Assembly: GCA_964016885.1 (NCBI GenBank)
Contig: OZ024742.1
Location: 240,808,001 to 240,872,000, forward strand
Length of the DNA stretch: 64,000 nucleotides
Reading direction: 5' to 3'
Origin: Eledone cirrhosa
Taxonomy: Eukaryota
A program made the position numbers and the translations under genes. Below are positions 1 to 15,396 of this stretch, piece by piece. The notes under the pieces are model-generated. The model searched no databases, was not told the DNA's origin, and saw only the letters and a program-made list of their open reading frames with translations. Within the stretch, counting starts at the first letter, position 1. Every line of letters starts with the position of its first letter.

Positions 1-223
1 ATACACACATAATTTATATTCATATCTCAACATTTATTTATGGAAATGGACTTCTTAAAAACCTGCCACATCTTTCTAGTTTATCATATTAGCGTCACCT
101 ATGATATTTTCCATGTATTCTGTGTTATGTAACAAAAATTATTTCCAGTTGAATGATCGAGGGAGCCCGCGAAACTCAAAGTAGCAACAGAGAGTAATCG
201 GAGTAATATAATGTAAAATACAT

Positions 224-410
224 AATTGTTTCTACTTTAGGCACAAGGCCAGCAATTAACCATTGTATTACTGGTACTTTATTTTATCGACCCCGTAAGG
301 ATGAAAGGCAAAGTCAACCTCGGCGGGATTTGAACTCAGATCGTAAAGTGACGTAACTATGCTAGAAAGCATGGCGTCCGACCCTCCACCGATACTGCCA
401 ATTCTCCGTT
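224..410 (-). mobile_element. tRNA-derived SINE, family A
   Basis: Minus strand has A-box-like TGGCAGTATCGG, B-box GAGTTCAAATCC, body CTTTCATCCTTACGGGGTCGATAAAATAAAGTACCAG and tail GTAGAAACAATT. Flanked by a direct repeat AATGTAAAATA(C/T)ATAAT (TSD). About 13 copies in the window. Confidence 0.9.
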
Positions 411-419
411 GCAATGTAA

Positions 420-546
420 AATATATAATAATATAATGTAAAATATATAATAATATAATGTAATGTAATATAATATAATATATAATAATATATAAATAAA
501 ATATAATGAAATAATATATAATATAATATTATATATATACACACAA

Positions 547-626
<80 letters not shown>

Positions 627-900
627 GTGCATATATATATATGTATGTATATACACACAGACTGACACAGACACAGACACACACAGACAGACACATAGAC
701 ACACACACACATACGCGCGCGCACACACACACTCACGTTCATACACATATATTCACATGTCTCCACAATATATATGATGCATTAAATATGACAAATAAAA
801 TAATCCTATTGACATATTTTGTTTAATGTATATATACATAAATTCACATACATTCACATACATACACACACACACACACACGCACACACACACACGCACG

Positions 901-988
<88 letters not shown>

Positions 989-1104
989 ATTTCCATGTTA
1001 TCCTGAAAAACAAAAGAGGTTTTCACTTAAATGAACAACATACATATAGACAGTATTATATTTCTTCCACATACGCATATACACACTCACTCACACACAT
1101 ACAT

Positions 1105-1169
<65 letters not shown>

Positions 1170-1302
1170 CATATATGTATATATATATTTATACATATAT
1201 GTATATATATATGTATATATATATGTATGTATATATTCATATATATATATATGTATATATGTTGTTATACAGGCATATATATATAAATAAACGTTCCGGT
1301 TT

Positions 1303-1340
<38 letters not shown>

Positions 1341-1349
1341 TATATACAC

Positions 1350-1422
<73 letters not shown>
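420..1422. repeat. Compound (TA)n/(CA)n microsatellite block
   Basis: Directly visible; explains the [12 protein letters not shown] ORFs here. Confidence 0.95.
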
Positions 1423-1424
<2 letters not shown>

Positions 1425-1579
1425 AAAACGTATGACCCCGACGGCAGAGCTCAGAAATAGCCGTCCAGAAATAGCCGTCGATACGGCTTGAGCTCTGCCG
1501 TCGGGGTCATACTTTTTCCTATTACCCACTCTACTACCCTAAGTATTGAGTACTCTGGTTCCTTACCACAATTCTTTCG

Positions 1580-1581
<2 letters not shown>
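1423..1581 (+). mobile_element. Short fold-back terminal fragment, repeat family D (probable PLE end with the 3' half of a hammerhead)
   Basis: Inverted arms GACCCCGACGGCAGAGCTCA / TGAGCTCTGCCGTCGGGGTC; (TA)n on both sides. Homologous copies at about 4855-4980, 12975-13020 and 15877-16070. Confidence 0.65.
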
Positions 1582-3100
<1,519 letters not shown>

Positions 3101-3487
3101 ATAGAATAATATAGAAATGGAAAATCACACAGATAGAGACAGACATATATAAGAGATGAAGAAATCGAGCAGAAATTTCAAAGGTCAAAATAACCACAAA
3201 TACGCTGGAGAACGGATTTTGCTCTTGATCTGGACAAGAGTTATAATAAGATTAGGAAAATTTCCTCTGATCTGCATTGTACCAAATCCTTTCCTGTTAA
3301 TCCTCTTAACCGTTGTCTGCCTAGGTTGTGGAAAATTCCTACGAGAAATCCAGGTAGTCAGCAAGAAGGAGGTGAACAGGTGTCGCTACTGGTCTTCCGA
3401 CCAACAAATATGTCTGACACAGTAATATTGGAATTGATAGGGTGGAATAGTTTCAAAATACATATATATATATGTGTGTGTGTATAC

Positions 3488-3609
<122 letters not shown>

Positions 3610-3705
3610 ATATATATATATATATGAAACTAATACTAATATCATTTGTACTGCCTCTTTTCTTTTTGATCTCTGTTTATTTATTAAACTATATATATAT
3701 ATATG

Positions 3706-3851
<146 letters not shown>

Positions 3852-4004
3852 AGTATGTATACGTACATACATATATGTATACAGACGTAAAGTAGTATGT
3901 ATATGTATATATACATACATGCACACATATATATATGTACGTATGGATTCACCGAACATTTATTATAATGCTCGGTGTGTTTCATTTTTTCCGTATATAT
4001 ATAT

Positions 4005-4065
<61 letters not shown>

Positions 4066-4456
4066 TATATATATATAGTTTAATAAATAAACAGAGAACA
4101 AAAAGAGAGAGGCAGTACAAATGATAGAAGTATTAGTTTCACATATATATATATATATTTGAAGATCCCGTTAAGGGTGAAAGCAGCGATTCTTTGCTTA
4201 AACTTTAATCTGTTATTTTAATAAATATATATATATATATATTTATATGTAGGTACGCACACAGATACACATACATATATGTATATATGTATATGTATGT
4301 ATTCATACATACATACATAACTAACTCAGACACTCAGCACACGCAATGCACACGCGTGCAAACACAGACACATATATATAATAAGATATACACGCATATA
4401 TGTATATATATGTACACGCACTCACACATACAGACATTCACACACACACACACACA

Positions 4457-4570
<114 letters not shown>

Positions 4571-4579
4571 ACATAATAT

Positions 4580-4762
4580 AATTGTTTCTACTTTTGGCAC
4601 AAGGCCAGCAAATTACCCAGTGCATTACTGGAACTTTATTTTATCGACCCCGTAAGGATGAAAGGCAAAGTTAACCTCGGCGGGATTTGAACTCAGATCA
4701 TACAGGGAGGTAACTCTATGCTTCAAAGCATGGCGTCCGACCCTCTACCTATACTGCCAATC
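4580..4762 (-). mobile_element. SINE family A
   Basis: Near-identical to 224-410. Confidence 0.9.
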
Positions 4763-4978
4763 TACATAATTTTACATATATATATACGACTCATACATGT
4801 AATGATGGAAGTATATGGACTGAAATTATTTATATATAGTATATATATATGTATGTCGAAACGGCTGGAGCTCAGCCGTCGGGGTCCTGACTGTTTTCCT
4901 ATTACCCACTATACTACCCTAAGTAACGAGTACTTTGGTGCGTTATGGTCCACCTGGTATCTTACCACACTTTTTTGT

Positions 4979-5020
<42 letters not shown>

Positions 5021-5164
5021 TTCGAAAGTAATTTTTTTAATATATCCTACACGTTGAAAAGTATAGGAAAAAAGGAGTTGTAATTGCAATTGGAGTCTTT
5101 AAAAAGGTTTATTTACAATAATTTATAACTTTACCAGTTACACAATTTTCATGATTTTCAAAGG

Positions 5165-6073
5165 TTAAGAGAGACAATCAGCGGCAATCAGCGGAGACGC
5201 CATGTGAACATTCTATAGGGTATTAGTGGAGAATAATTGCGACGATGTTCTCGGGGAGACGCTGGGCATCGAAGAGGACGAACTGGCCAGTCTGTTAGGG
5301 AGGACCTTCCGTCCAGGGCCTATGGATAACTTCCAGAGGTCTCTGGCCTGGCAGTGCTACCGAGAGGCTCTACCAGTTTCAGACAAAATCTACAGGCAAC
5401 GACGCTGTGGCAGGAGTCCTGCCAAAAGGACCTGTCCAAGATGCGTTCAGGACATTGAAACCGTTCTGCACGCAATTGTTGAGTGCCCAGGGGTGACCGA
5501 CCTGTGGAATTATGTCGAACAACTACTGTCACGTGTGAGACTTATCCAGTTGTCAGCCGAGACCATCGTGAGGATCACCTCGCCGCCTTCATTTAAGAAT
5601 TAAGGAGAGGTGGGTTTCCTCTGTCTGGTGGCTATGGCGAAAAAGGTAATATGGTGGACGAGGTTGAAAGGACTGAGGGCAAACACCTAACTCTCCGGGA
5701 AACAACTCATCCTCTTCTTTAAATACCACTTCAGAAGGAAGGTTTGGGTGGGGAGAGAGGTGTTGCACCCCAGTAAAGGTGGGTGAATCTGGCGAAAATG
5801 GCCCGAATGAATGGGCCTTCTCTGTATATAAAGCTGTAGGTTGAGGAAGACAAAACAGGGAAGACGGGTACACCTACAAAACGTGCTCCTGGTATTAAGG
5901 GTTGTTATATCTACAGGATGTAAAGCAACCCCGCAGTAACTTTCCCCCTATTGGAGATTTCGATTGTTATTTTATTTTAATATATAGTTTATTTCAATTT
6001 ATTAATGTTAAAGTTTACACACTTTTAATTTAAAACCACCGCCATCATCGCCCTTGTGGCAAATAAAGAAACA

Positions 6074-6075
<2 letters not shown>
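5165..6075 (+). mobile_element. L1/Tx1-type LINE, 5'-truncated 3' fragment
   Basis: ORF 5226-5603 encodes the C-terminal zinc-binding region (CPRCVQDIETVLHAIVECP), homologous to 20596-21081. Ends CCCTTGTGGCAAATAAAGAAA followed by (TCTA)n. Confidence 0.9.

Positions 6076-6165
<90 letters not shown>
6075..6165. repeat. (TCTA)n tail/target tract
   Basis: Pure tetranucleotide run between two LINE copies. Confidence 0.95.
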
Positions 6166-6166
<1 letters not shown>

Positions 6167-6376
6167 CGGATAGTGTTGACGTGTGCCACTTCGCTGGTAA
6201 GTTTTTAGTTAATTTTGTATGCAAAAAACAGGAACTTTTTGTTAAAAAATATATTGTTTCGTAGATTGACCTCCAGGCTGAATTGTCAGCTGGGCAGTAA
6301 TCTCATTTTTCGCCCCACAGGAGCGGAAATTGTATTTGAAAAATAAAAAAAAATTTAATATTTTTGCAATCGATAA

Positions 6377-8529
6377 TGGCTAGCTTAGTAGAATGAACGC
6401 TAGCGAACGCTGACGAAGAAAGTAGAGAAAGAAAGGCAGAGAGTAACGTTACCGCAACTTCTGCCTACATAGATGTCACTATGGAGACAAATAGTGACAA
6501 CAAAGTTTTGTTTTGCCAAGAAGCCGAAAAATGCAACTTACAAGATGGACCACACAGCTTACAACAGACATCAAAAACTACAAAAAATGAAACAATTGAC
6601 ACAACTACAAACGGACAACCACAACAACAACAACACCAAGAAAATAACTTTTACAACAACACCAAGAAAATAACTTTTACAGAAACAGTAACAAATAATA
6701 ATGACATTACCTCAACCCCTCATGTATTGGCGTTAGTATGGAAACCAATATGGACAACAAAAATAATATGGACAACAAAAATATGGACAACAAAAATAAA
6801 AAAAACAAGATCGAACCACACAGTGTACAACAGACACCAAAAAGAACAGAAAAAACAACAGAAAATAAAACGATTGACACAATTACAAACGGAAAAACCG
6901 ACACCACAACAACAACAATAACAACAACACAAAAAAAAAACTTTTGCGCAAACAGTCATCAAGAAACAAGAGTTCAAGGATCTCGATATCTCCAATGCGA
7001 GACAAATGCTCTCTGAAGCAAAGGAGTTTATGACTTTCGGTGAAAACGGTGGGTTTCAAATAAACTCACCTCCAGAAATTCATCTTGAAACATTTCGAAG
7101 GACAATTACCTTCAGAACTGTTTCAAATGAAACAAAAAGACCAGCATTCCTCAGTCAAGGGGAAATTGAGGCAACCTTGAAGGAAATATTGCCAAACATT
7201 GACTTTATGCAGACGGCCAAACAGTATGGGAGTATTTCGGTACTCCTCAAAAGCGAGGCCCTCGCACAAAAATATTCAGTAACTCAATACTGTCAAAAAA
7301 ATACACCTTTTTCCCTACATACCTGGGAAAAAGACCACAGAAAATTAGAATTGCAAACATACCACCAAATATTAATATTTGGTGGATATTGGCAGAATTT
7401 TTAGAGGAGGGAAAAGACACCATTCTCTCCATCAAAAGGTCAACCAGACACACGTGGTCTGGTACAAATTTGGAGATTCTGGTGCAAATGAGCCCGGAGA
7501 GAATCTCCAAAATACCCGAAAAAGTGCTGGTGGATAACAACAGCCACATAAGCATTTCGGTTGAAGGAAGATAACCACATTGCTTTCGTTGTAATAGCAC
7601 CAAACATCTAAAGGCCTCCTGCCCTTTACAAACACGCTCAAACAAAACAATCCAAAATAAAACACTGTTACCAATACCAACACCAAAACCACCACCACCA
7701 CAACAACGACAACACACGAAACAAGAAAACACACCAAAACAAACAGCCACTCAACCAACAACAACAGAAAAAACACAGACAACACCCCTAAAGAACACAG
7801 CCCCATCCCATCCCACTCCATCAAACACTACCACAAACAGACACACCGAAACTCCATCATCACACAACATACCCTTACCCCACACTCCTGACGATGATTA
7901 TTCATTAACAGATGAGGCTGCTACTCCTTCTTTAAGTGAAGAAGGAGAGCCTCGGTAATAAAAAACAAAAACAAAAAAAGAGACACCACAAAACCCCTAA
8001 AACTCCAATCACCAACACAAACACACAACCACAGACACAAACAACAATACAAACAACAGAACAGTCAAACACCCCCTACCAGCAAAACCAACACCAACAC
8101 CACCCCAAACACAAGCACCCGCCATAAAAAGAAAACCCCCGAACGAACAACAAACAAAAACAACAAAAATACAGACAATACGCATACGTCAACACCAACA
8201 AAAAGGTTTTAATGGAGGTCATCTCCAAAAACCCCAAGGTGTAAACCGAGGGTAAAACTTTTGTGAAGGCGGATTCGTCTCCACACCTTAAACTTATAAG
8301 TTTAAGTGATCTGAAGGATAAATTTTCGCAGGACGTGGGGAACCCCTGCCAGAAACCGATCAACCGCGTCCTGTTAAAATGTTTCCCCACCCCACCCAAC
8401 ACCCCTCCAGCACCCAAATGGAGATTGAACAACCCGATCTCTAAGAAACGAAAAGGTAAGTGCACCTTTTCGTCCTTTTTCGCCAACTCTTCACCACCAA
8501 CATGGCCAATTTACGAGTTGGAAGCGTGA
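6377..8529 (+). pseudogene. Tx1-type ORF1 remnant (gag-like, zinc knuckle)
   Basis: Frameshifted pieces 7006-7404, 7389-7574 and 8263-8529 align with the minus-strand ORF1 (WSGTNLEILVQ vs WSGSGMELLIQ; LKDKFSQDVG vs LKQKFPKDIG). Start position approximate. Confidence 0.75.
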
Positions 8530-10725
8530 ATGTGCGTGGCCTAAGGATGCCTTGGAAATAGGGCCAACTTTTAAACGACCTTAGGTCACACGGTATGGAT
8601 GTGATGGCCATCACCGAGTCCAGGATCCACAACAGGCAGCAACTAACCCCCATCTTCAATGACTTTGAGATCTACGCATCTCTCTGTCAGCCAGGAGGTG
8701 GAGGGGGAGTGGCTGTCATGTTTCGGAAAAACCTGGACGTCGAAGTACAGTAAGTACAGTTGGACCCGGAGGGTAGACTGGTTGTCCTAGACGTGAACAG
8801 TATTGGAGGTGAAGCCTTTCAGACTGGTGGATGTTTATGCCCCGACCGGGCAATGGCAATCGCGGCCAGACTTCTTTAAGCGTCTAGAGTCTTTTCTGGG
8901 AACGTCTCGCTCCTTATTTTTAGTGGGGGAGTGGAATGCTATCCTAGATGCACGATGGGACTATGTGGGAGCATGTCCCAGTAGAGGGGGTGGGGGTGCA
9001 ACAGTCTAAAAAATCTAATCGGCCAATTCCAACTGGCCGATAGATATCGACTAGATTCCCCGACTGTACCACAGTGGACATGGGCAAACCGCAGCGGGAC
9101 ATCTAGATTGTATTTAGATAGGTTTTTCATTAGAGAGAAGGACAAGATGTTAAGCTGTCCACAAATGCACATGGTTGCCTATTCAGATCACAAACTAGTC
9201 ATCTGCATAGTCAACCGTGATAGAATACATAGACAAGGACACGGATACTGGTAGCTGAACGTGTCGCTACCGTCACGGAAAGCTTACAGTGAACGGATAA
9301 GTAGATTAGTTAGGCAACAACTGACGGGAGCCATCGTCAACAACAGAAGGTGGCTCCCGTCAGTTGTTGCTTAACTAATCTACTTATCCGTACACTGTAA
9401 GCTTTCCGTGACGGTAGCGACACGTTCAGCTTCCAGTATCCGTGTTCTTGTCTATGTATTCTATCACGGTTGACTATGCAGGTGACTAGTTTGTGGTCTG
9501 AATAGGCAACTATGTGCATTTGTGGACAGCTTAACATCTTGTCCTTCTCTCAAGAAAGCAATTAGAGTAGAGTCGATAGACTTTAGCAGAGAGTTAGCCT
9601 TAGAGAGAAACAAAACAGAAACGGAACTAGTAGCCAAGGTAGAGGAGGAGCTTAGGAGTGGCAACGTAGCTAGAGTGCTAGTAACGAGAACGACACTGGA
9701 CCAGTTCTTCGACGCGAAACACGAAGGCTACGTGGTCAGAAGTAAATCACGTGCTCTAGGAAACGAGGGAGCGAAAGCTGTTAGCTGGGCCCGAGTGGCA
9801 GAGGCGAAAAGTGGCAACAAGTCCACGAGTCGGTCTTAGAAAGACCAAAACGGACGCGTGCTGCTTGACCCCAACGGATGTGCGCGGCCTTCCAGCGGCA
9901 CTTTGCGCAACTGTTCGAGCAGAGTGGCGGTGCGTCGAACGGGGCAATGGGCTTTGGTTCATACCTCGATGGCCTGCCGCGTCTCTCGAACATGGACGCC
10001 GAGTTCTGCGAAAGACCGATCACAGCCACTGAGATAAGTGAACGCTCTGGGCCGCTGCGGGAAACGCAAATCACCCGGTCTAGATGGTCTACCCTATGAG
10101 TTTTACATAGGCATGCCGGACGTGTTCTCTGGCGTCCTCGAGGCCGTCTACTGCAACTGGCAGCAGAACGGGAGAATACCCAGTTCTGCAGGCAGGGGCG
10201 TAGTAACGCTGATCAGGAAAGACGAGAACAAGAGGGACGAACTAAGCAACTTTAGGCCCATTACTCTGCTCAATACAGAGTTAAAGATTTTGGCCAAGGT
10301 GTTGGCAACGAGGTTGGCGTTTGTCGTCGAGAACCTGGTAGGGAAAGCGCAAACGTGTGCAATCCCGACCAGATCCATACACGACATCCTCCACCTCATC
10401 CGATACATCATAGAGAGGGTGGGGTGTAAACCCGGCTTTGGTGGGGCTCTGATCAATTTAGATCAATCTACGGCGTTCGATAGGGTCGACCATCGATACT
10501 TGGAAGAAGTTTTCAGGGCGGCCGGTTTCGGACCCGTCTCAGGGGCTGGATCGCCGCAATGCACACCAACATCTGATCGATGGTCAAGGTGAACGGCTAC
10601 CTATCGGAGCCGTTCGCAATCACGCGTTCCATCCGACAGAAATGCCCTCTCTCCTCCATTCTGTATGTACTGACTCTAGAGCCACTACTGCGGAAGCTGG
10701 AGCTGCTGCAGGCCATTCCGTTGGA
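8502..10725 (+). pseudogene. Tx1-type ORF2 remnant (APE endonuclease + RT)
   Basis: ATG at 8502 gives MANLRVGSVNVRGL; VYAPT, SDHK and RT motifs follow. Interrupted by stops, frameshifts and an inverted duplication (9351-9551). Confidence 0.88.
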
Positions 10726-10729
10726 ATAA

Positions 10730-11250
10730 TGCCACCCACACACAGCGCATCAGCAAGGAATCTCACTTTATTAACAAATACGGACCCCGTCTAAACTCTT
10801 CTCCCTAAAACGAACCCACAACATACACACGTCAACATACATACCTACATCAGCATACATCCTACATACATCTCTACCCACATATAAACACAATGACATA
10901 CGTAAACACACATGTTCTATGGTGCAACACAAATATACACAAATTTGCATACCTTTTGATGTCTATAGATATAAACGTGCCGACACACACACATACATAT
11001 ACGCACACATGCATTGCACACTGTTGGGCACATACATATTTGTACACAAGTATTCCAATACGGCAGGGCCTAATGGATTCCCCTTGCAGTACGTACAATC
11101 TGGACACTCACACCTTGGTGTTATGACAATACTATATATCATTTCACACCTTTTATTATTAATGTTTTTGATGTTCTATTGAGAGAATCGTTTTTACTGA
11201 AAATATCGAATAATGTACACCATTTTTACCAGTATCACAAAAATACTGGT
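10730..11250 (+). mobile_element. Penelope-like element 3' fragment
   Basis: About 10731-10808 reads ATHTQRISKESHFINKYGPRLNSSP*, matching the R..KE..FI....P.LN end of PLE GIY-YIG endonucleases. Followed by a CA-rich UTR. Confidence 0.55.
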
Positions 11251-11330
11251 AAACACACACATACACACATACACACATACATATATATATACACACACAC
11301 ATACACACGCGTACACTAACATACAAAGAG

Positions 11331-11368
<38 letters not shown>

Positions 11369-11679
11369 CTCCGTATAAGACAAGAGCTGAAATATATCTT
11401 TCAACATGTTAACATATCCCCCACCCACGTACAGACACATTCCTACTGACCGATTCCTCTACCACGAATTACTCTGCTACACACACACACACACGCACAC
11501 ACACACACACACGCACACACACACATATTTGTCTTAATAGGAACCTGAACTGTTGACCTTTCAACATGACTGCAATTCACACACACATCCCTACTGACCA
11601 TTATCACAACAATGAACCTCTTTACTACACACACACACACACACATATATTTGTCTTAAAAGACTTATTTTTCAGTGAC

Positions 11680-11945
11680 TTCCCAATCAGGCGAAAAAGG
11701 ACACTCTTCGACAAACCTACATTTGGCGCAAAATCAATTTTTAACATTCACGTGACCTCTACCGACCAATCAAAATTGTTTTGACCACAAGAATTTTTGC
11801 AACACGAATTGGCGCGAAACTTATTTTCACATAAAACAAGTAGAATTTCCCAAACTAATCAGATTAGAGCAAACATCACGGGCGCTCTATCTCAAAATTA
11901 TTTTTGAAAAGCATTAGAAATGCGCAACCGGTAAAAACTTAAAAC
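11680..11945 (+). repeat. Unclassified old dispersed repeat (second copy 44198-44545)
   Basis: Shared ordered blocks TGGCGC(A/G)AAA, ATTCACGTGAC, ACCAA(T/C)CAAA, TTTTGAAAAGCA and AACCGGTAAA. Confidence 0.6.
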
Positions 11946-12046
11946 TAAAACTGAATACTAACCAATACTTATTACTAATTTTTACTTATTCCTAATTAAA
12001 CTATTTTTCACTGGGAACAATTTGTCAGCATTTTCTTTTCCTTTTA

Positions 12047-12129
<83 letters not shown>

Positions 12130-12220
12130 ATGTAAGTATGTTTCTTTTCCTTTTACCAATATATATATATATATATATAAACATGTAAGTATGTTTTTGA
12201 AACGGTGCGCGAGGTTGAAA

Positions 12221-12440
12221 TTAGAAATTAGAAATTATAAGCTTTCACCGTATTTTAGACTAAAGAAATGTCTAGCCTGATAGTGGGGTTTATAACCCTC
12301 GGAGAAATGGAAAAAGATGAGTGTTGCCGTACAGCAACACTCATCTTTTTCCATTTTTCCGAGGGTTATAAACCCCACTATCAGGCTAGACATTTCTTTA
12401 GTCTAAAATACGGTGAAAGCTTATAATTTCTAATTTCTAA
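12221..12440. repeat. Near-perfect palindrome (about 105-bp arms, 6-bp spacer)
   Basis: TTAGAAATTAGAAATTATAAGC...GAGTGTTGC cgtaca GCAACACTC...GCTTATAATTTCTAATTTCTAA, lying between TA-rich tracts. Confidence 0.92.
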
Positions 12441-12484
12441 TATATATATATTAGAATATATTAGAATATTCTAATATATATATA

Positions 12485-12537
<53 letters not shown>

Positions 12538-12716
12538 AGTTGAACAGTTCAAAATCTAAATATGCAGTGTTGATATACTATTGGTTGGTCAACTACCGTT
12601 GAAAATGGTTGAGTCTAATATGTGTGAAGTATCACCATATTTTGATATCACATGATTTGACTGTCACTAATATATTTCATCTGAATAAATTATTCAGCGC
12701 CTCCATTATTCCTAAT

Positions 12717-12890
12717 AATTGTTTCTACTTTTGGCACAAGGCCAGCAATTATCCCAGTGTATTACTGGTGCTTTATTTTATCGACCCCGAAAGGATGAAA
12801 GGCAAAGTTAAGCTCAGCGGGATTTGAACTCAGACCATAAAGGGCCGTAACTCTTTGATGCAAAGCATGGCGTCAGACCCTCTACCGATA
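12717..12890 (-). mobile_element. SINE family A
   Basis: Same body, tail and B-box as the other copies. Confidence 0.88.
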
Positions 12891-13098
12891 ACGCGAGTAG
12901 TTGGACTTTCTATATGCACGTATGGCTGTAAATCTATTTCTAAACCTCTGAGTATATATATATATATATGAAAAGATTCAGGACCCGACGGCTGAGCTCC
13001 GGCCGTTTCGACAGCTAGATCCGAACTATGCCATCATATATATATTACTCTTTTACTCTTTTACCTGTTTCAGCCATCCGGCTGAGGCCATGCTGGGG

Positions 13099-13138
<40 letters not shown>

Positions 13139-13700
13139 TATATTTCTTCATATATATTTCTCTCTCTCTTTAAAAATATATATATATATTATGTATATAT
13201 ATACACAATTGTTTGTTGTAATACGTGTATTCGTTTCTCTCTTTATTTGCATCTTGTATTTATCACAATATTTGAGATAAAACACAGTAAATATATCTTC
13301 GTAAAGTTTTATTTGAAAAATAAGAAAAACATCAACCTGGCGTGTATTACTTGGTAGAAAAACTTCATGTAGTTACATCTATACCCAGTTCTTTAAAATC
13401 TTGGATAGAGTAAGTTAGTTATCTATATATCAAATCTTTCTCTACGCTAAATCTAAGTGTGGAGATAATACAGGAAATGAAGAATAGTGAAGAAAAAATA
13501 GAAAAGATAGCGGTGAAAAAGCAGATTGATGTAATCAAGGTTTCCAGTACACATGCGCACAAGAGATTTACACACATGTACTCACACATATGTAAATACA
13601 CGCACACACACACACAAATACACACATATATATATATATATATACATAAATATAAATATATATATACATATATATACATACATAGAAATATACATGTGTA

Positions 13701-13732
<32 letters not shown>

Positions 13733-13823
13733 GTTTATATATGTATATATATGTATATGTATGTATATATATAAATATAGATACATACATACACTTGTAT
13801 ATATATAAACACACACACACACG

Positions 13824-13915
<92 letters not shown>

Positions 13916-14020
13916 TACAGTGAGAAAGAGGGGTGAGACAGAGAAAGAGGATATGTGCGAGACCAACAAATAGAAACTGTAATATTTATAACTACAAATG
14001 AACAAAAGCTGCACCCTTCC

Positions 14021-14030
14021 CTGCTGCTGT

Positions 14031-14123
<93 letters not shown>

Positions 14124-14134
14124 CACTGCTGCTG

Positions 14135-14230
<96 letters not shown>
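14021..14230. repeat. (CTA)n/(CTG)n trinucleotide microsatellite
   Basis: Directly visible. Confidence 0.95.
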
Positions 14231-14314
14231 TGTCGTTAGCTATGTTATTTCTGTTTACTTTTTACGCACATACACACACACATCCATTCACACACACACA
14301 CATACCAACCCACC

Positions 14315-14364
<50 letters not shown>

Positions 14365-14412
14365 ATAAAATAACAGGAGGCTGGACTGGTGTAAATCCTT
14401 GAAAGGTTTATT

Positions 14413-14470
14413 ATACTATGATCATTTCAATGACCGGGTTCCGTATGAATCCGGTGATATCATCAGGTAT
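14413..14470 (-). ncRNA. Type I hammerhead ribozyme
   Basis: Reverse complement of 15397-15454. Confidence 0.8.
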
Positions 14471-15396
14471 TCGAAATATAACAAAGGAACATAACAGATA
14501 AAATCCATGGGTCCGAAAATCAAAGACAAAGATGACGACTGACCAACTAACTGCTTTCACCTCAGTCAGTCGCCCTCAAGTGATGGCTACTCGGTCTACT
14601 AATGACCATCTGATGAGGGGGCGAAGGTTTATAATGTACTACCACCTCTCCGTCAAACAGAAAAAGAAGAAAGAAAGAAAGAAGGCGTCTGTATAGTATA
14701 ATGTGTGAACAGAAAATTGGAACGTTAAACTTATGTTTAGAGTTATAGGATGAAATATATTTCCCCTCTTTCGGTAAACGAAATTACTCGGAGCGACACG
14801 CTTCGCCCCGGGGCTCGCTGCACCGCCTGTTTTGACCGCCATATTATACCTATAAACTCTAGGCCAAAGCATAAGTATTAGTTGTATCATGCCTCCCTCT
14901 ACTGGCACGTAAATAAACCCCTCCTGTGTGAATTTATAGTATTCGTTTGGTATAGACAATGGCCTGTTGAAGATGGTAGACTTCCCGCTAGCACACCCGA
15001 AGCCTATGGCAGTTACGTTTCTAGAGTACTCGAAAAAATTAATTTCCATTTCTTTCGCTAGACGATACCACTCGAAACTGGCTGACACGTAGTTAGGAGG
15101 TGCTGGCTGGGATTTACAATCGAAGGCTTTAATCTTTACTCTATATTCCACCCTGATAACTTATCGAGATTCCCTATAATACACTTAAACTTTTTCATAT
15201 AAGACTCTCTCTGTAATTTCATTAAATAAATCTCGCAACCCAAACCTTTCATTTTTTAATAATTTTTTTTATTTTTTAAATTTTTTAATTTAATTTCATC
15301 CTATAACTCTAAACATAAGTTTAACGTTCCAATTTTCTGTTCACACATTTTCGGACCCATGGATTTTATCTGTTATGTTCCTTTGTTATATTTCGA

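Larger units (their letters stand above)
6166..10725 (+). mobile_element. L1/Tx1-type LINE, degenerate, 3'-truncated within RT
   Basis: 5' UTR, disrupted ORF1 (ISVEGR followed by a CCHC knuckle, homologous to 24353-25840), and ORF2 APE and RT motifs (KSPGLDGLPYEFY, NFRPITLLNTELKILAK, LDQSTAFDRVDH). Many stops and frameshifts. Confidence 0.92.
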
